Source: a virus (taxonomy: Duplodnaviria; Caudoviricetes). Taken from it: a stretch of DNA of 34,606 nucleotides. A program made the position numbers and the translations under genes. Each line of letters opens with the position of its first letter. Positions within the stretch are counted from its first letter, which is position 1. The DNA is taken from the IMG/VR virus record IMGVR_UViG_3300023263_000006, positions 1 to 34,606 of that record. One strand, 5' to 3'. The notes below the pieces were generated by a model. It made no database searches. It worked only from the letters and a program-made list of their open reading frames with translations, and had not been told where the DNA came from. Positions 34,306 through 34,606 of the stretch are shown one piece after another.

Positions 34306-34605
34306 ATGAATCTTAGGGAATGGTTAGATTCGGAATGCGTTGAAATTAAGCAACTTGCAGGCAAACTAGGAGTTAACAGAAAAACGCTATATAATTGGAT
34401 GACCCGTGGTGTTGTACCCCTTAGGATACATCGTGCGTTGATTCAGAGAGTTACAAAAGGACAAGTGAAAATAGGAGATTGGGAGGATGGAGAACAAATT
34501 GCTGCTAAACGCCTACGAGGCCGCAGAAAGAATGAAGTGCGGAGTCAGAAACGTTTGGTTACAGATGAGGCGATTAAGCCTAAAGTCGATAAAAAGGGAC
34601 GGTAA
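34306..34605 (+). CDS. Cro-like HTH transcriptional regulator (3' end runs off the window)
   Basis: MNLREWL...IKQLAGKLGVNRKTLYNW...P...I..VTKGQV; AAGGT RBS. Confidence 0.8.
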   Translation: MNLREWLDSECVEIKQLAGKLGVNRKTLYNWMTRGVVPLRIHRALIQRVTKGQVKIGDWEDGEQIAAKRLRGRRKNEVRSQKRLVTDEAIKPKVDKKGR

Positions 34606-34606
34606 A

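Larger units (their letters stand above)
1..34606. mobile_element. Tailed dsDNA bacteriophage (podovirus-like, P22-type portal, N4-gp56-type capsid), partial genome
   Basis: Gene order portal-scaffold-capsid-adaptor-nozzle-ejection proteins-fibres on +; DnaB, O-like initiator, ERF and nuclease on -; no tape measure, sheath or tube gene; no host housekeeping genes. Confidence 0.95.

Noticed and set aside
1-34606. Alternative genetic code or tRNA genes
   Set aside because: All large genes are intact in the standard code and use TAA, TAG and TGA as stops; no cloverleaf or T-loop pattern seen in the short intergenic gaps

Overview
The window is most of the genome of a tailed dsDNA phage with a P22-like/podovirus layout. 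It opens with a train of tiny accessory ORFs and a collagen-like moron (1-3.4 kb). Next come a P22-type portal, an inverted DUF551 cassette, scaffold, N4-gp56-type major capsid, two FCCH-like decoration proteins, adaptor/nozzle and three ejection-type proteins (3.4-19.7 kb). An inverted HNH/small membrane protein cassette follows, then a fibre/spike module interrupted by a free-standing GIY-YIG endonuclease (21.5-27.7 kb). The leftward replication/recombination arm holds a SpoVG-like SSB, zf-CHC2 protein, DnaB, lambda-O-like initiator with internal iterons, ERF and a PD-(D/E)XK nuclease, and it faces a Cro-like gene. No terminase, integrase, CI, endolysin, tRNA or CRISPR array is recognisable in the window. 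The main highlights are four. (1) The DnaB carries motifs I recall from chlamydial DnaB, suggesting a tailed phage of Chlamydiota. (2) The initiator leader has a complete plasmid-style antisense-RNA/translational-attenuation architecture. (3) A duplicated, covarying pseudoknot-like RNA motif flanks the scaffold start codon. (4) A 16-bp operator-like motif recurs at 4-5 dispersed promoters. All family assignments come from motif recognition, not database searches.
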